From the NCBI GenBank assembly GCA_000002445.1, contig CH464491.1, positions 64,001 through 128,000 on the forward strand: a stretch of 64,000 nucleotides of DNA, in the 5' to 3' direction. Every line of letters starts with the position of its first letter. Position 1 is the first letter of the stretch. The DNA is from Trypanosoma brucei (lineage: Eukaryota). The position numbers were made by a program, and so were the translations under genes. Positions 42,294 through 54,955 of the stretch are shown one piece after another. The notes beneath the pieces were generated by a model that worked only from the letters and a program-made list of their open reading frames with translations, was not told the origin of the DNA and searched no databases.

Positions 42294-44120
42294 CTAAGCG
42301 ACCCATTCATCCTCCGCTGAGTTTTCTAAACCCGCAAGACCTGGAATCAGTTCATCAATTTGAGAAACGTTAATGGTAGATGCACCGCGGCGTCGAAGTG
42401 CCTGGGACACCGCGTCCTGCACCGTTAGATGCTCCCTAATGGGTTCACGGCGGCGCTTACGTGTCGAATGCGACTCTTCAAGTCTCTCAATTTCCTCCTT
42501 CGTGCGAGCAGCGCCGAGATTCCAACTTTCCCCATACAGCGCCTCGCCTACTTTTTGGCGTCTCAAGCGTTCCTCGTTATCAAGCACCAGATATGGTTCA
42601 AGGTCTGTCATGTCGTCTAATTCTGGATCCTGCAACACAATAAACTCCCAAGGCAGTGCGAGGGTACGCTCATTATCATACAATACCTCGGCTAGACAGG
42701 GATCTATTTTGAATTTGGCCTCTGCTGCACCTTCTGTCTTCACTACAGCTTCTTCCTCAGGCAGTTGAGGTGCCGGCACCACATCATCAGGGTTGACAGC
42801 CTCCATATCGAAATCGCGACGGATATCTAACACATTCGGATCACGTGTCATTAACATACGATAATAATCGGTCATTTCGGAAAGAGACATCCCTGCATTA
42901 GGTACAGGTGGTGCTCCCTTCTCAGGTGTACTCGGTTCCTGTCGCACGGGTTCCTGCTTGACCCGCTCAAGTTTCACCATAATTTTGTCCTCCTCTTCCT
43001 TCACACTTGCCCGCGCCTTCGACGAGTCGATCGGCTTGGTGTTGGGCAGGCCAAGAATCTGCAACTGTTGCTGAGGGGTTAATGTAGTTAAATCTAAACT
43101 AGCGTCACTTGGAGTTTTCCCCTCTAACGCACAGTGGCAAAGTAAAAAATGCCTCCACTTTTCGCAGCGATCTGGGGTGCTTGGGGTTGAAACCTTCGCT
43201 TCGGCCACAAGCTCGTAATACATTGCTGACAATTGCCGCAGCTCTGCATCACGCTTGTCCCCATCATACTTTTTCGTAGCACTGGTGAAAGCTGGTGGAA
43301 GTGAGCTGTCATCCCTTGTATACTTATCAATACTATCCAAGGCTGCTGTGCTTGTGGCCGCAAATTCGTCCAAACGCCTAGATATGGTCCCTGCGGTTAA
43401 CCTCACGAAACCACAAACTTCGTCAGGGGATCGCGGGATGTTAAACATGTAACATGCCACTAAAAGGGCGGCAACGCATACGCCAAGCGGCCGCCGACCG
43501 CACGCTATCCAGTCGTCATGCATGGCACGCAGAACCTTTAGTGCGCAAACCACTACTGATCTCGTCATTTGCCCTAAATTCATTTGCTCAGCAAACCTAT
43601 GCACGACACATGATGGGTCAATGACAGGTACCTCAGTCCGGGTAGCTTCGCAAACGAGATGCATGTATGATAATATATCATATGGACTCTCCCCGGTGGC
43701 ATCCGCGAAGTCGAACACCATATGAGATGTTCGTTCTCGACGGCACATGGCATACAAAACAGCGCAAAGAATAGCTGGTCGGGCGCCAGACACCGCGTTA
43801 AGACTAACTGCGAGTTTGTAAAGCCCCAGTGCTGCCTCCACCATGTCATCACTTACATCTAATTGTCGTGCAATTGTCGCCATCCCGCGACGAGCGGCCT
43901 CGATTGAAGGTCTGGCGGAGGGCATACGAACACTAACGGAGCCACGTGTGGGTCGCAAATGGCCAAGAGCCCGTAACCTTCCACCTTTATCACCACGTGC
44001 AAATATGGGATCCAATTCGAGTTGAGGATCCTGCACGATATCACCGCATAAAGTACAAGTGATGGTGCCGCGGGCGCGGTCTACATACTGAGCTGAGGTA
44101 GGATGCGAACAACTAGACAT
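42294..44120 (-). CDS. BRF1: TFIIB-related factor, most likely the BRF1 subunit of TFIIIB: an N-terminal zinc ribbon, two cyclin-like repeats and a long acidic C-terminal extension
   Basis: N-terminal CSH...C..C ribbon. The TFIIB core pattern reads IEAARRGMATIARQLDVSDDMVEAALGLYKLAV...GARPAILCAVLYAMCRRE, with a second repeat VVVCALKVLRAM...RRPLGVCVAALLVACYMFNI. At 608 aa it is too long for TFIIB itself but is consistent with BRF1. Confidence 0.55.
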   Translation of the reverse strand: MSSCSHPTSAQYVDRARGTITCTLCGDIVQDPQLELDPIFARGDKGGRLRALGHLRPTRGSVSVRMPSARPSIEAARRGMATIARQLDVSDDMVEAALGLYKLAVSLNAVSGARPAILCAVLYAMCRRERTSHMVFDFADATGESPYDILSYMHLVCEATRTEVPVIDPSCVVHRFAEQMNLGQMTRSVVVCALKVLRAMHDDWIACGRRPLGVCVAALLVACYMFNIPRSPDEVCGFVRLTAGTISRRLDEFAATSTAALDSIDKYTRDDSSLPPAFTSATKKYDGDKRDAELRQLSAMYYELVAEAKVSTPSTPDRCEKWRHFLLCHCALEGKTPSDASLDLTTLTPQQQLQILGLPNTKPIDSSKARASVKEEEDKIMVKLERVKQEPVRQEPSTPEKGAPPVPNAGMSLSEMTDYYRMLMTRDPNVLDIRRDFDMEAVNPDDVVPAPQLPEEEAVVKTEGAAEAKFKIDPCLAEVLYDNERTLALPWEFIVLQDPELDDMTDLEPYLVLDNEERLRRQKVGEALYGESWNLGAARTKEEIERLEESHSTRKRRREPIREHLTVQDAVSQALRRRGASTINVSQIDELIPGLAGLENSAEDEWVA

Positions 44121-44170
44121 CCACTACTAATAACAACAAAAAAATTCCAAATTAGTTAAGGCAAGCAACC

Positions 44171-44175
<5 letters not shown>

Positions 44176-44209
<34 letters not shown>

Positions 44210-44245
44210 GTGCGTGCGTGTGTTTTCTTTTCTTTTCTTTTTCCT
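44176..44245. repeat. Compound microsatellite: (TA)16, then (GTGC)3, then (TTTTC)n
   Basis: tatatatatatatatatatatatatatatata cgtgcgtgcgtgtg ttttcttttcttttctttttcc. Confidence 0.9.
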
Positions 44246-44836
44246 TCACAAATGGGCGTGAAAGGATATAAAAATATCACCAAACTACTAGTTCGTTCCA
44301 ACTAGTTACCTTCCTGAACACCTCTTGTATAAGAACTAATGGCAGGTAATGCACCAACGTACAGGAACAATCCCGTGCCTGAAATACAGTTACAACTGAA
44401 ACACGTACAACGAAAAAAAAAAAATTAAAGTTTAGGAACACAGTGAACCTCCAATGTGCCCTTGCTTCTCCACACTTGAAACGAGAAGACGCACTTCGGA
44501 TGAGTTACGTAAAAATTAGAAAGAACATTAAAAAACAAGGAGTTGAACGCAAAAAAAAAAAATTAAGATGAGTGAAGAGAACGAGCATTAGTGTTGAACG
44601 CAGTGTACTCATTATTAATCGTGCGGATGGTAGGCAAACTGAACAGTAACGACAGCGGCAACAATACGCCGGAGGAAAAGAGTTCGTTAATGAATAATTC
44701 ATTGAATGTCCGCGCGCACTGCCAAGCAACCTTACGACAAAAAAAAAGGCCAAAGAAAAGATGTAAAAAGCAAGGGGGCGAGAATGAAGAAGTAATTTAA
44801 GGATACCTCCTTTCTCAATCCCTCGCTTGCCCACGA

Positions 44837-45985
44837 TTACTTGCAGGACATTCCACCTGGCGTAATAAATGCTTGGAAAACAAACCGGTAACGGCCCTTC
44901 AACTCACGCTCAACAATGCGCTGTGCTCGGTAGCAAATCGCCTCTAGTTTTGCGTAAAAGGTAAACATGTATGCGGGCCTATCAAAAAATACCTCCGTAA
45001 TAACCTCAACCGTCCCAGAGTCTTTTTTCGTCCATCCAATGATCCGATGTCGCATTTGGTGTGGGATCTCATGCGGAAGGACCTCAAAAAAGCACTGCCG
45101 TAGCAATTCCATCACACGATCAACAGGAGTGGCATCCGTTGTTTCATTTCGAAAGAACTCCCAATCCCCTGGAGAGGCGTAACGGCAGAGAAGATCCTTC
45201 AACTCCACGAGCCCATTTCCACCCTTCACACTAGTTTCACTTACGCAGGCAATAGGAAGACATAAAGACTCCAAATCAGTCCGCATCGCAAAATATAACT
45301 CGCGGTGTCTTGGGGTTTGTACTCGGTCCATCATTGTAATAACCAAAACTACAGGCATCTTACGCAGTGATGCCCGGTGGACAACCTCACGGGCAACAGT
45401 CTTTTGTTCCGGCTCTACAAAACCGAGTCCCGCCGGTAGGGTTAACATAACGAGATCTGTAACGGTAAAAGCATCCCATGTCCGCGCAACAGGAGCAGCA
45501 TGACGGCGGCGGTCTTTTTCACCGTTACAAATAACAATACCGGGTGTATCGAGTAGCACCAATTGTGTATTGTGCACCGTTGCAACGCCCCTCGTCCACT
45601 CCCTAGTTACACCACTACGATTACTTACAGCACCAATATGACTTAGCGAAAGGGCATTTAGCAGTGATGTTTTCCCGCTGTTTTGAGTCCCCACAATTAC
45701 GGCTCGCAACTTGTGGGCGTCTGGGGGCTGCTGAAGTGTTGATTGCTGATTTATGTGAGATCCGGAGTTGCTCTCATCATTTAGTCCAACCCACCGAGCA
45801 GTATCGCGTAATGGAAAAGCTTCCTCCACAGGTGTAAAGCGTCTTTCCTTATAAATACGAGTAAAGCGCTGCGCGACAGCGTCAACGTTGGCATTCTTCT
45901 GCTCGGAAAGTACAGAAACGATGCGCTGCTCCCAGCGGCGTCTGCTGTACACGGTATTTAGTCGGGAAAAAGTACGAGACAGCAT
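44837..45985 (-). CDS. Era-type GTPase (ERAL1-like, probably mitochondrial) with a C-terminal KH domain
   Basis: G1 motif AVIVGTQNSGKTSLLNAL. G3 motif LVLLDTPGI. The overall Era order is G domain followed by a KH-like region (VEVITEVFFDRPAYMFTFYAKLEAI...RIVERELKGRYRFVFQAFI). Confidence 0.6.
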   Translation of the reverse strand: MLSRTFSRLNTVYSRRRWEQRIVSVLSEQKNANVDAVAQRFTRIYKERRFTPVEEAFPLRDTARWVGLNDESNSGSHINQQSTLQQPPDAHKLRAVIVGTQNSGKTSLLNALSLSHIGAVSNRSGVTREWTRGVATVHNTQLVLLDTPGIVICNGEKDRRRHAAPVARTWDAFTVTDLVMLTLPAGLGFVEPEQKTVAREVVHRASLRKMPVVLVITMMDRVQTPRHRELYFAMRTDLESLCLPIACVSETSVKGGNGLVELKDLLCRYASPGDWEFFRNETTDATPVDRVMELLRQCFFEVLPHEIPHQMRHRIIGWTKKDSGTVEVITEVFFDRPAYMFTFYAKLEAICYRAQRIVERELKGRYRFVFQAFITPGGMSCK

Positions 45986-46024
45986 GCTTGAAAATTAGAG
46001 CTGTTGTGCAACACAAACAGAGAC

Positions 46025-46095
46025 ACACACACACACACACAAAGGCAGAACCGTACACCTATAAGAAGAAAAAATAAGAAATACGTAAGTTTCGA
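46025..46095 (-). promoter_or_regulatory. Polypyrimidine / (TG)n tract upstream of the Era-GTPase gene; candidate splice-acceptor region
   Basis: + strand: acagagacacacacacacacacaaaggcagaaccgtacacctataagaagaaaaaataagaaatacg. It is pyrimidine-rich on the coding strand, about 40-110 nt upstream of the ATG at 45985. Confidence 0.45.
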
Positions 46096-47725
46096 AACCA
46101 ACCATTTGGAGAAATAAGACGATTACAAACACGTCAAGAACAGGGGGAAAAAAGGGAGGTAAAGCGCCTGGAGGAAACAAACCATTGAAGGGAAGGTGGT
46201 TCAGCATTTACCTCACTTAAACCGCAACCTCGTCGAACAGTAAGCACACGAACAAATGTGTGCATGTGAAAATAATAAACACGAACAACTTTCCCAATTG
46301 TGGCGAAATTTTATGATAATGATGGTAAGGAGGAAGAAAGGAAGAGGAGGAGAAGGGGGAATAAAAAAAAAATGCGACACAAAACTCCGCGCATCCGGCA
46401 GCTGCTGACATCAATCATAAAACCGGCAGAAATTGGTAACACACACGCACATGAGCCCACAGTAAAGCTGTGAACATCAGTGAGCTCATATACATTCTTT
46501 TTTATATATATATTTCTCTCGTAAGGAAGGAGGAGGGAAATTTACCGAAATCGCGTGAGACTACTGCACCCCTCCCTTCCGTGTTAACTATAAATGTAAG
46601 CAACTCGCCACTGCTTCTCCACAAACGGTAAATGAAACATGTGTTGTTTCTTGTTTCTGTTATTTTTCTGTTTTCTCTTTTTTTTTCTCTTGTGGCTGTT
46701 GTTGTTGTTTTTATTTTTTTTCCCCCTTTTGGTATGGCTGTTGTCTACAGATTTGATACGCCGCTGTACTCCCGTCCCAGTCGGCGTATGGCACCACGGC
46801 GAATAAATAGAAATACCATTGTACCAACTATTCCAATTAGCAGTAAATATGCAACTAAATACCGTTCCCGTGGGATCTCCGGTTGTTGTTGGCGTTGTTG
46901 TTTTTGTTGGAGTTGCTCATGAACCTTCGCGGCAATGGAGACATTTGTAATATTTTCCATATTCCACTACAAGTAAATATTATCAAAATAAATGGCACCA
47001 AAATACACCACTTACAAACTGGACACAAATTCGATGGAAAAATACTTGAAACAGTAAAAACGAAAACGAAAAAAAAAAGAACTACAATAATAAGAATAAT
47101 AATGATTCATTTATTTTTTGTTAATATTCGAAACAAGAAGAAAAAAAAAAGGAACAAAGTAGAGCTTGTTAATTTGTTTTCTTTTACAGCATCATGAGCA
47201 AATGATATGAATGATAAGCACAAAAAAAAAGATACCGACAAAATATAAACATGAGGGCAAGTTTTTAAAAAGAAATATGTGAATGTTACTGCAATAGGAT
47301 CTGGGGAAATTCGCACTGAATGGTGAGAAGTTTACCAAATGTTCAAAAACAAAAATAATTATATGGACACACAACCATCACAACTTTAAATGACCGGTTG
47401 AATACTCATTGGAACACGCCAAACTCTCAAAGAAATATTTCTCAACATTGCGCTCAAGCAAACGATGCAGTAGTAGCAAAAAGGCATGTAACTAAAATAG
47501 GCGGTAAGCAACGAGGAAAAGGAAAAGAAAAAAAAAGGAACGCAACAATAAAATATTCCTACAAATATACACAGTACCAATATATGAAGTGCGGTTCACA
47601 ACTACACCGAAGAGAAAATCGCGGTTGAGGTACAGAAGGATTTTAAAAAACAAAAAGAAAAAGAAAAACATTAGTGACTGTAACACGTCATTCCACACAC
47701 AATCTTTTTATATGCTTTCCTCCTC

Positions 47726-47795
47726 CTTTTCTTTTCTTTTCTTTCCTTTTCTTTTTCTTTTCTTTCCTTTCCTTTCCTTTTCTTTCCTTTTTCAT
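47726..47795. repeat. (TTTCY)n pentanucleotide-like pyrimidine microsatellite
   Basis: ttttcttttcttttctttccttttctttttcttttctttcctttcctttccttttctttcc. Confidence 0.85.
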
Positions 47796-47832
47796 ATATC
47801 ATATTATATTTTCTTTTTCTTTTTTTCCCCCT

Positions 47833-48306
47833 TTACGTTTCAGCACCACATCGGCGCAATTCCTCCTGCAGTACGCGACAACACTCCGCGAAAGGCCTCC
47901 CGCTTCCACAGCAGCATGACGGAGCATCCGGTGGTGAATTAATGAGATTTTGACGGAATGCCTCATCTCGAATGACGCGAATGGCCTCCGGAGTCCCAAT
48001 ATTTTTTAGCGCATTAAATTCAACGCATCGCCTCCGTAATGACGCAATTGTGCCGAATCGCTCGTGAATATTAGATTTAACGCCTTCTCGTGGTATTTTC
48101 CGTCGCTGCCTCCAACCCAAAGCTGCAAATATGGCGATAAAAGTAGTAACAATAACATACATACGCAATGAATCTTGATGAAGCCTACTGATAATAACTG
48201 CACCAAACCACCACACAATTAACCAAAGAATGCGCCTCACCCATCGCTTTTTGCTTTTTAACGAAGCCCGCTGCCTTCGCTCCGAAATATCTGAAGGTGG
48301 AGCCAT
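47833..48306 (-). CDS. Small membrane protein, 157 aa, with a C-terminal SEC-C-type metal-binding motif
   Basis: Basic N-terminus, then two hydrophobic segments (ILWLIVWWFGAVIISRL, VIVTTFIAIFAALGW), then CCCGSGRPFAECC, which matches the SEC-C motif (C.CGSGKK...CC). It is the only credible ORF inside an ~8.9-kb low-complexity region. Confidence 0.5.
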   Translation of the reverse strand: MAPPSDISERRQRASLKSKKRWVRRILWLIVWWFGAVIISRLHQDSLRMYVIVTTFIAIFAALGWRQRRKIPREGVKSNIHERFGTIASLRRRCVEFNALKNIGTPEAIRVIRDEAFRQNLINSPPDAPSCCCGSGRPFAECCRVLQEELRRCGAET

Positions 48307-49667
48307 TAGTTTCTAAAAGGAGGAGGAGGGGGGGACAATATGCGCAAATACGGAAGATGATACAACAAAATATATATATATATATATATATATTATTATT
48401 ATTATAAAGAGGATAGATCACAAGTGAATAAACGGGCGACGTAAACTGCATTCACAAATTGAACCATAAACTTTTTCTCACTCTTTTTGAGGTGACGATA
48501 TCATGGCGGCAAAAAAAAAAAAAGAGGAAAGCAAAATTAATAACACCGTCGCAGTTACTCACATGAGTTTTGTAATAGTTCCATAACATCAAAAATGCAC
48601 CTTCTAATAATTAGGATGAAAAATATAAAAAAAGGCTCATTCCTCCCCTCATCAGCTCTCAGTATTGACTTGAGCATCACTCCGTTCAGATTATAATACC
48701 ATATAATATAAAAGTGTAAGAGATAAGAGGAAGAAAAGAGGCTCCAGCACATTAACGGAAAAATAATACACACAAATCACTAAAGTGATGTTAATAACAA
48801 CCTCAAACTTCAATAAATAAATCAATATATATATATATATATATTAAATAAATAAATATGTATATTGATTTATTTATTTGATATAATGAAGTTTTATATG
48901 GTGTTTACCAGTACCCGAAAGGGAATACAACCGATCCAACGCACTTTTACAACATCATCAATGTAAGCCAAAAAGACCCGAAAGGATTTCTTTTGCTGCC
49001 ACTTTCAACACAACTCCATCATTACTCCTATCATTTATACCTAACATACGCACTGAATAGTAAAGAAGAGAGAAATGAAGAAAAATGAAGAAAAAGGAAA
49101 AAATAGAAAGAAAAATAGAAGAGTCATTAAACAATGATGAGTTATTGCAGTAAACATTCACAAGTCAAATCCGTATATTTAATGAAAGGAGGGGGGGCAG
49201 TCACACGCAAAGCTCCTGAAGGTTTCGCTGGGGGCAAGGCAACTTCATACAGCGGAGAAGACTTTTTTTAAAAGAGAAAAAAAGCGCCAGAACCATCAGC
49301 TACACACCAACAAAATAAAAAAAAAAAGGAGAGCGCCACTCCACTTTAACCATGCATATATTCACACAACACCCTCTTTTTCCTTGATTCTCACACTCTT
49401 TTTTTTCCCCCATTCTTCCTCTTCTTCTGTCCTTCCTTTTTTTTTAAAACCTTTCTCCCTTTTTCCACCATATAGAAATAAACGTGAACATTTAAATATG
49501 AATGTATACCTTTTTTTTTCACCTTTTGGGTACAGAGCTTTGACTACCACATGCAGAGCATACATATGTTAATCCCACAAAAATAATATAAATAGATACA
49601 GATATACTTTTTTATTTATATTTGTGCTTGCATGTGTGTGCGCGTGCGTGCGTGCTTGTGTTTGTTT

Positions 49668-49690
49668 GTTTGTTTGTTTATATCCATGTG
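49668..49690. repeat. (TTTG)5 preceded by (GTGC/GCGT)n
   Basis: gtgtgtgcgcgtgcgtgcgtgcttgtgtttgtttgtttgtttgttta. (TTTG)n recurs at 50087-50106, 50252-50274, 56986-57022 and 61897-61918. The complement (CAAA)n occurs on + at 51676-51700 and 60775-60800. Confidence 0.85.
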
Positions 49691-51825
49691 TATAACCATA
49701 TACAAATGTATTTTATATTATATCAATACGCTGTCTTTGCTAATTTTCTTTTTTGTTTTTTTTGGTTTTGTTTTCTTTTCTCCTTCTCTTGCTTTTGATA
49801 TTTTTCCCCTCTTTTTTTTTTGCTTTTTTCTTATTCCTTCTTCGTTGTTGCTTCCTCAATTTTACTTCTGCTTATAAATATATATATATATATATACTAC
49901 CCAACCATTCTTCCAGGTAATTCAGCGCTGATGAGTATCGACTGTGAAATACTATCTCTAACAATCCGTAACAAAAATAAAACTGAAAAAAAACATTTTT
50001 TACCAATCGTCGCTACATCCAAATAATATGAAAAGGGCTCAGCACATCTCATGTTCATTTGGGAAGCGAAGACTCGCGGCTCCTTTTGTTTGTTTGTTTG
50101 TTTCTTCTTTTCTTTCTTTCGTTTAAACTCTTCTTTTTCCACTTCGACGTTTTTTTTTCTTTTTTTCCTTTCCATTCTTCCCTTTTCGTTTCCCGCTCAC
50201 ATCCCTTTTTTTTCCCCCTCTTATTTTGAATTTTTGCTTCTTTTCCCTTCTTGTTTGTTTGTTTGTTTGTTTGCTCTTTTTTTTTCTTCTTTATTTTGAT
50301 CTGACGTATTCGTTTTCGCTAGTTATTCCTTTTGTTTTCATAAAACACAAACGCCGCTCTCTCTCTCTCTCTCTCACACAAATTTCTTTCTTTCATTGTT
50401 TTTTTTTTCCTCTTTTGATCCTTTTTTTTTTTCTGCTACTATTGTTTTTGACTTAGTCATGAGCCTCATTTTCCCTTCTGTATTTTTCCCCCCTTAGAAT
50501 CCGTTCCACTCATTTATATATATATATATAATTTATAAATATTTAAATTTATTGTGAAAACCTCCTTTACGCCGACGCATGCGCGCTCTCACTTGTCCCA
50601 CCCTTTTTTTTGGTTCTTTTTTTTTTCTTGTGTGTCTGTCTTTGCGTATATTTTGTTTGTTTCTTCTCTTTTCTGCATTTTCTGCATTTTCTTCATGCCA
50701 CATTTCCACTCCAATCCTTTCGCCACTTCCGTTCCCTTTCATTTCCTTCCCATCATTATAACATTACTGTTCATACATAATATTCCCCAAATACAATATA
50801 AAACAGCGGTACCACATTTAAAAATAAATTAAAAAATTAAAAAATAAAGTAAAGTTAAGGTAAATAAAAGACATAAAAATAAGAAAAATAAGAGAAAGAA
50901 AAGCGAACCGCTGAAAACACACACATATATGCGCGTAAAAAACAAAAAAACAAAAGAAACAAAAGGGGAAAAGGAACAAAACAGAACAGAACAGAACTGA
51001 TGAGGGAAAGAAATGAAAGAAATGGGCAAAACGAAGAGAAGAGGCACCGAAAGAGTAAAAGTCATCTTTTTCTGTCTTTTATTTTTTTTTTTCGTTTCAT
51101 GGCCACAAAACATGAAGCCATACACGCACGTATACTCATGCACACGGTAAAAGCAGATGATTCCGGTAATAATTTTTTTTTGTAAAAATAAAAAAGAAAC
51201 CCCCAAAAAAAAAAATACACAAAAAAATGGTAGGTAACAAAAAGCCGCTGGTATATAAACACACTATATGATGAATCGTAAATATTGTGTTACTTATCAA
51301 ATGTTCATGATCCTCTTCCCTCACACACACACACACACAAACATACCGTAAGAGAGAAGATCAGGGACACTTCCAAACACAATAAAACGTAAAAAAAAAA
51401 AAAGAACGAAAAATGAGAGGAAATTCAGGCGGGACGACGCGAGAACTTTTCGAAAGGGAGGAATCGGTAAAATAGTGCATAACAAAAGGAGAAAAGAAAA
51501 AGAGAAAAAGAAAAAAAAGAAAAAAAAAAGAGGAGAAAAAAGGGAAAAGAAAAAAGAAAAAAGGGAAGAGGGAAAGAAGACAACAACGGTCAACTGGAAC
51601 GAAGGAAACCCACATATGAAAATAACTGGGTGGTGAAAACAGCAAAAATAGCATATGAACAACAACAACAACAACAAGAACAAACAAACAAACAAACGAG
51701 CAAAAAAAAGTAGAAAAAACAAAAACAAAAACAACCAAAAACTGACCACCCAAATTTGCCTAACACACGACACAAGAAATAATAGCCAAAAAGTATGCGC
51801 GAAGAAATATGAAAGCGAGGGAGTA

Positions 51826-51878
51826 TAATTAAATGAAATGAAATGAATGAACGAATGAATGAATGAACGAATAGTGGG
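51826..51878. repeat. (GAATGAAT/GAACGAAT)n, an imperfect octamer/tetramer repeat
   Basis: aaatgaaatgaaatgaatgaacgaatgaatgaatgaacgaat. Confidence 0.85.
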
Positions 51879-52763
51879 CATGAGATTGCACTTTTCAGTA
51901 GTTCAAGCCACTCAGAGGTGTTGTGAATCAAAAAAAAAAAATGTAAAACATGGACAAAGAAAACAGAAAGGCAAACACACACACAAAACAAAAAGTAAAG
52001 GAGATTTGCTTCAACCACATATAATGTGATTTAGAAAGAACAAAACAACAAACAAAAGGGAGAAAGGTACGTTCATGATGCACACAAAAAAACAAAAAAA
52101 CAAATACGAATTTGTACCAAATAAAAACAAAAAAGAAGTTAAGAGACACATTTTGCGTACGGACGCACTCAAAAATAAAAATGGTGCAGCGGTACCCAAA
52201 AGAGAGGAGTAGGGAAAAGGGGGACATACATGATGCCAACTGTAATGGTGACAGGAACAACACACACTGAAACGAAAACAAAACAAAACAAAATACCAAA
52301 CGAGACATGCGCTTAACAATGCAGAGTATTTCGCTTCAGCTCGTTTCGCCTCGTTTCTCATTCCTTTTTTTTTCATTTTTTTCTTTCATTTTTTTTTTTG
52401 CGATGTACCTCTCCCAACTCATTGCATCCTCTCATGTCATCTTGTGTTTTTTTTCCGCATTCCTTTTTATGTTGTTATTTCATCATCATCATTTTCATCA
52501 CAATAATCTCCTCTCTTCGGCAGCACATGCACTTCCACAACTTAGTGTGTGTATGTTTCTCTATCCCCTCCTTTTTTTTTTTGAATTCTCTCTTCTTTTC
52601 ATTCTTTTAATTGTTCGTTCGTTTGTTCTCCTCTGCATTCACTCAACTGTCCTTTCCTCTCATATTCAACGGAATGTGACATGTGGAGAATTGACAGACA
52701 TTTCAACGCGTCAAGTAAATGCTCCAAATCATCATGAGGATCTTTCTTCAATCTCATCTTGTC

Positions 52764-52795
<32 letters not shown>

Positions 52796-54955
52796 AAATC
52801 AATATTACCCCTTCGTTCATCCTCTCTTTCTTCCCTATTTTCCTATTACTTTTTCATTTTTCTTTTTTCCCTTCTGTTTTTTTTTATTTTTAAAGAAAAG
52901 GTTTCCCTCGCACTTTTCTGTCCGCACACATCCACACACACAAAAACAAACACACATGCAAAATCTCTTTCTTTACTCTTTCCTTTTTTAAAAAAAAAAA
53001 ATTTCCCCTAATCTTTCCAAATATTTATTCTCACTACCGTCAGGCAACTCTTCTCACTTCCTCTTCTTGGGTTTCTCTCGTATGTGATGTTATGTATTAT
53101 TTTTTTTCTTTTTTTTTGGGGGGGGGAGGGGAAGTGGAGACGAACACTGCTGTAAAATGTGTCTGTTTGCATAAGATGCGGGTTCACCTTCATTCGGTGG
53201 GGAATAAAGAGGGAGAAAGAAAGAGAGAAGTAGTTAAAAATAAAAAAGAGAAAAAAAAAGAAATGAAATGTGTATGTAACTGACTTCAGGAATATGTTGC
53301 GGGTAAATAAATATTTATTTTTGGACTCCAACTACTTTCATATTGCCACCATAATATTCCCCACATTCACATCCATTACTCCGTCGTATCGCGTTGTACC
53401 CTTTTTTTTTTATTTATTACTTTAATCCTAATCTCAACCACCTCAACACCATCCTTTTCAATTGCATTCTTTTCTCCTCTCCTCTTTTTCTCCCCTTTTG
53501 CTATATATTTCTCACCTTTTCTTTTCTCTCTTTTTTTTTTATTGTTTTGTACAATCAACTCTGTATGTTGTCACAATACGCGCATGGCTCCCTATACAAA
53601 AGAAAAACACAAATACATGTACACACGAAAAAGCGGAGACACATACGTCTTTCTTTCCAACGACGCGCTCGACGTGGTTGTGCTTAGGTTTTCATATTAT
53701 AATTTATTATTTTTTTTTAATTTTTCACGCTCAAAAATTGATTTCATTATGTTCTCCTCATTCCTTCCACTTCCACTTCCACTTCTCCCACCTCTTTCTG
53801 TTTCTCTTTCTGTTTGTTTCCCTTCCTTTTTCTTTTTGCGTTTTTTTTTCCACCTTTCATTCGTTCTTTTCAACCGGGTCTGGCTCACTTCTTGCTGAAG
53901 GTTCCCTTCATTATCATATTATTATTATTATTATTGCTAGTGAGCTATTCTTTTCTTCCCTTCCCTTTCCTTTCCTTTTTTTGGATTTATTTATTTTTAT
54001 TTATCATATTTTTTTTTTCTGTTTCTTATTTTTTTTTTGCCCTCTCCACTATACTTTTATACTTTAACCCTTAAGTTAAATAAACAAATAAAACACACAT
54101 TGCATCTCGGTTATGATATCTTATAGCATCATGCCTTTACCTCAATAAGATATTTCCCTTTTGCCCTTTGTTTATCTGTAAATAAATAAATAAATATAAA
54201 TATGTATACACGCATACCAAAATGCATATACTTAAATACTTTTGTTGAAATTGTATCTCTTCCTCCCTGTTTCCTTCTCTCCCTCACATTTCCGCTATCA
54301 TTTGTTTCACCATCTTCATTTTATCCGTTGGCTAATTTTCCTGATTACCGTTTCTTCTCTTTGGCTTTGCCAACTCCTCCCTCTTTTTTTCTTTTTTTCT
54401 TTTTTTTCTTATTCTCCCATCTCTTCCTCCCTTCTCTCATTTGTGTCAAATTACCCCTTCCTAATATTTTCTTTTGGTTTTTGTTTCATTTCATTTTCCT
54501 ACTCGTTTACCCTTTATGAACCTTTCCGTTTCGGTACACATCACTTATCCCTTCTTTTTCTTATTATTATTATTATTATTCTTATTATTATTATTATTTC
54601 TTTTCTTTTTCCCTCCACCCATCACCCCTCTTCCTCATCCAATTCGATCCAATCCAACATTCTTTCACATCTGACATCAGAGTGCATTCTGTACCGTAAC
54701 GAAAGAAAAAAAATACACACAGAAATATATATATATATATATATATATACTCATTCTTTGATGTTTTTTTTTTCTTTTCGTGTCTGAAAAGAGAGAAGAA
54801 AAAGAAACAATAACTATAACAATAACAATAACAAGTAACAACAAAAACAATAGTAATAATAATAATACGGCCAAAGAGTAAAGAGTAAAGAGTAAAGTCA
54901 CACCTGCCCACAAATATGCATCTCACATATCACATAAAAGTCACTTTTTACCCCT

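Noticed and set aside
51321-51881. 186-aa minus-strand ORF, and neighbours such as 51590-52018, 52307-53011 (+), 53462-54067 (+), 60376-60987 (-) and 58515-58814 (+)
   Set aside because: Their translations are F/L/S/C or K/E/R homopolymer-like strings produced by pyrimidine- or purine-rich low-complexity DNA. Overlapping ORFs occur in multiple frames and on both strands. They are not coding.
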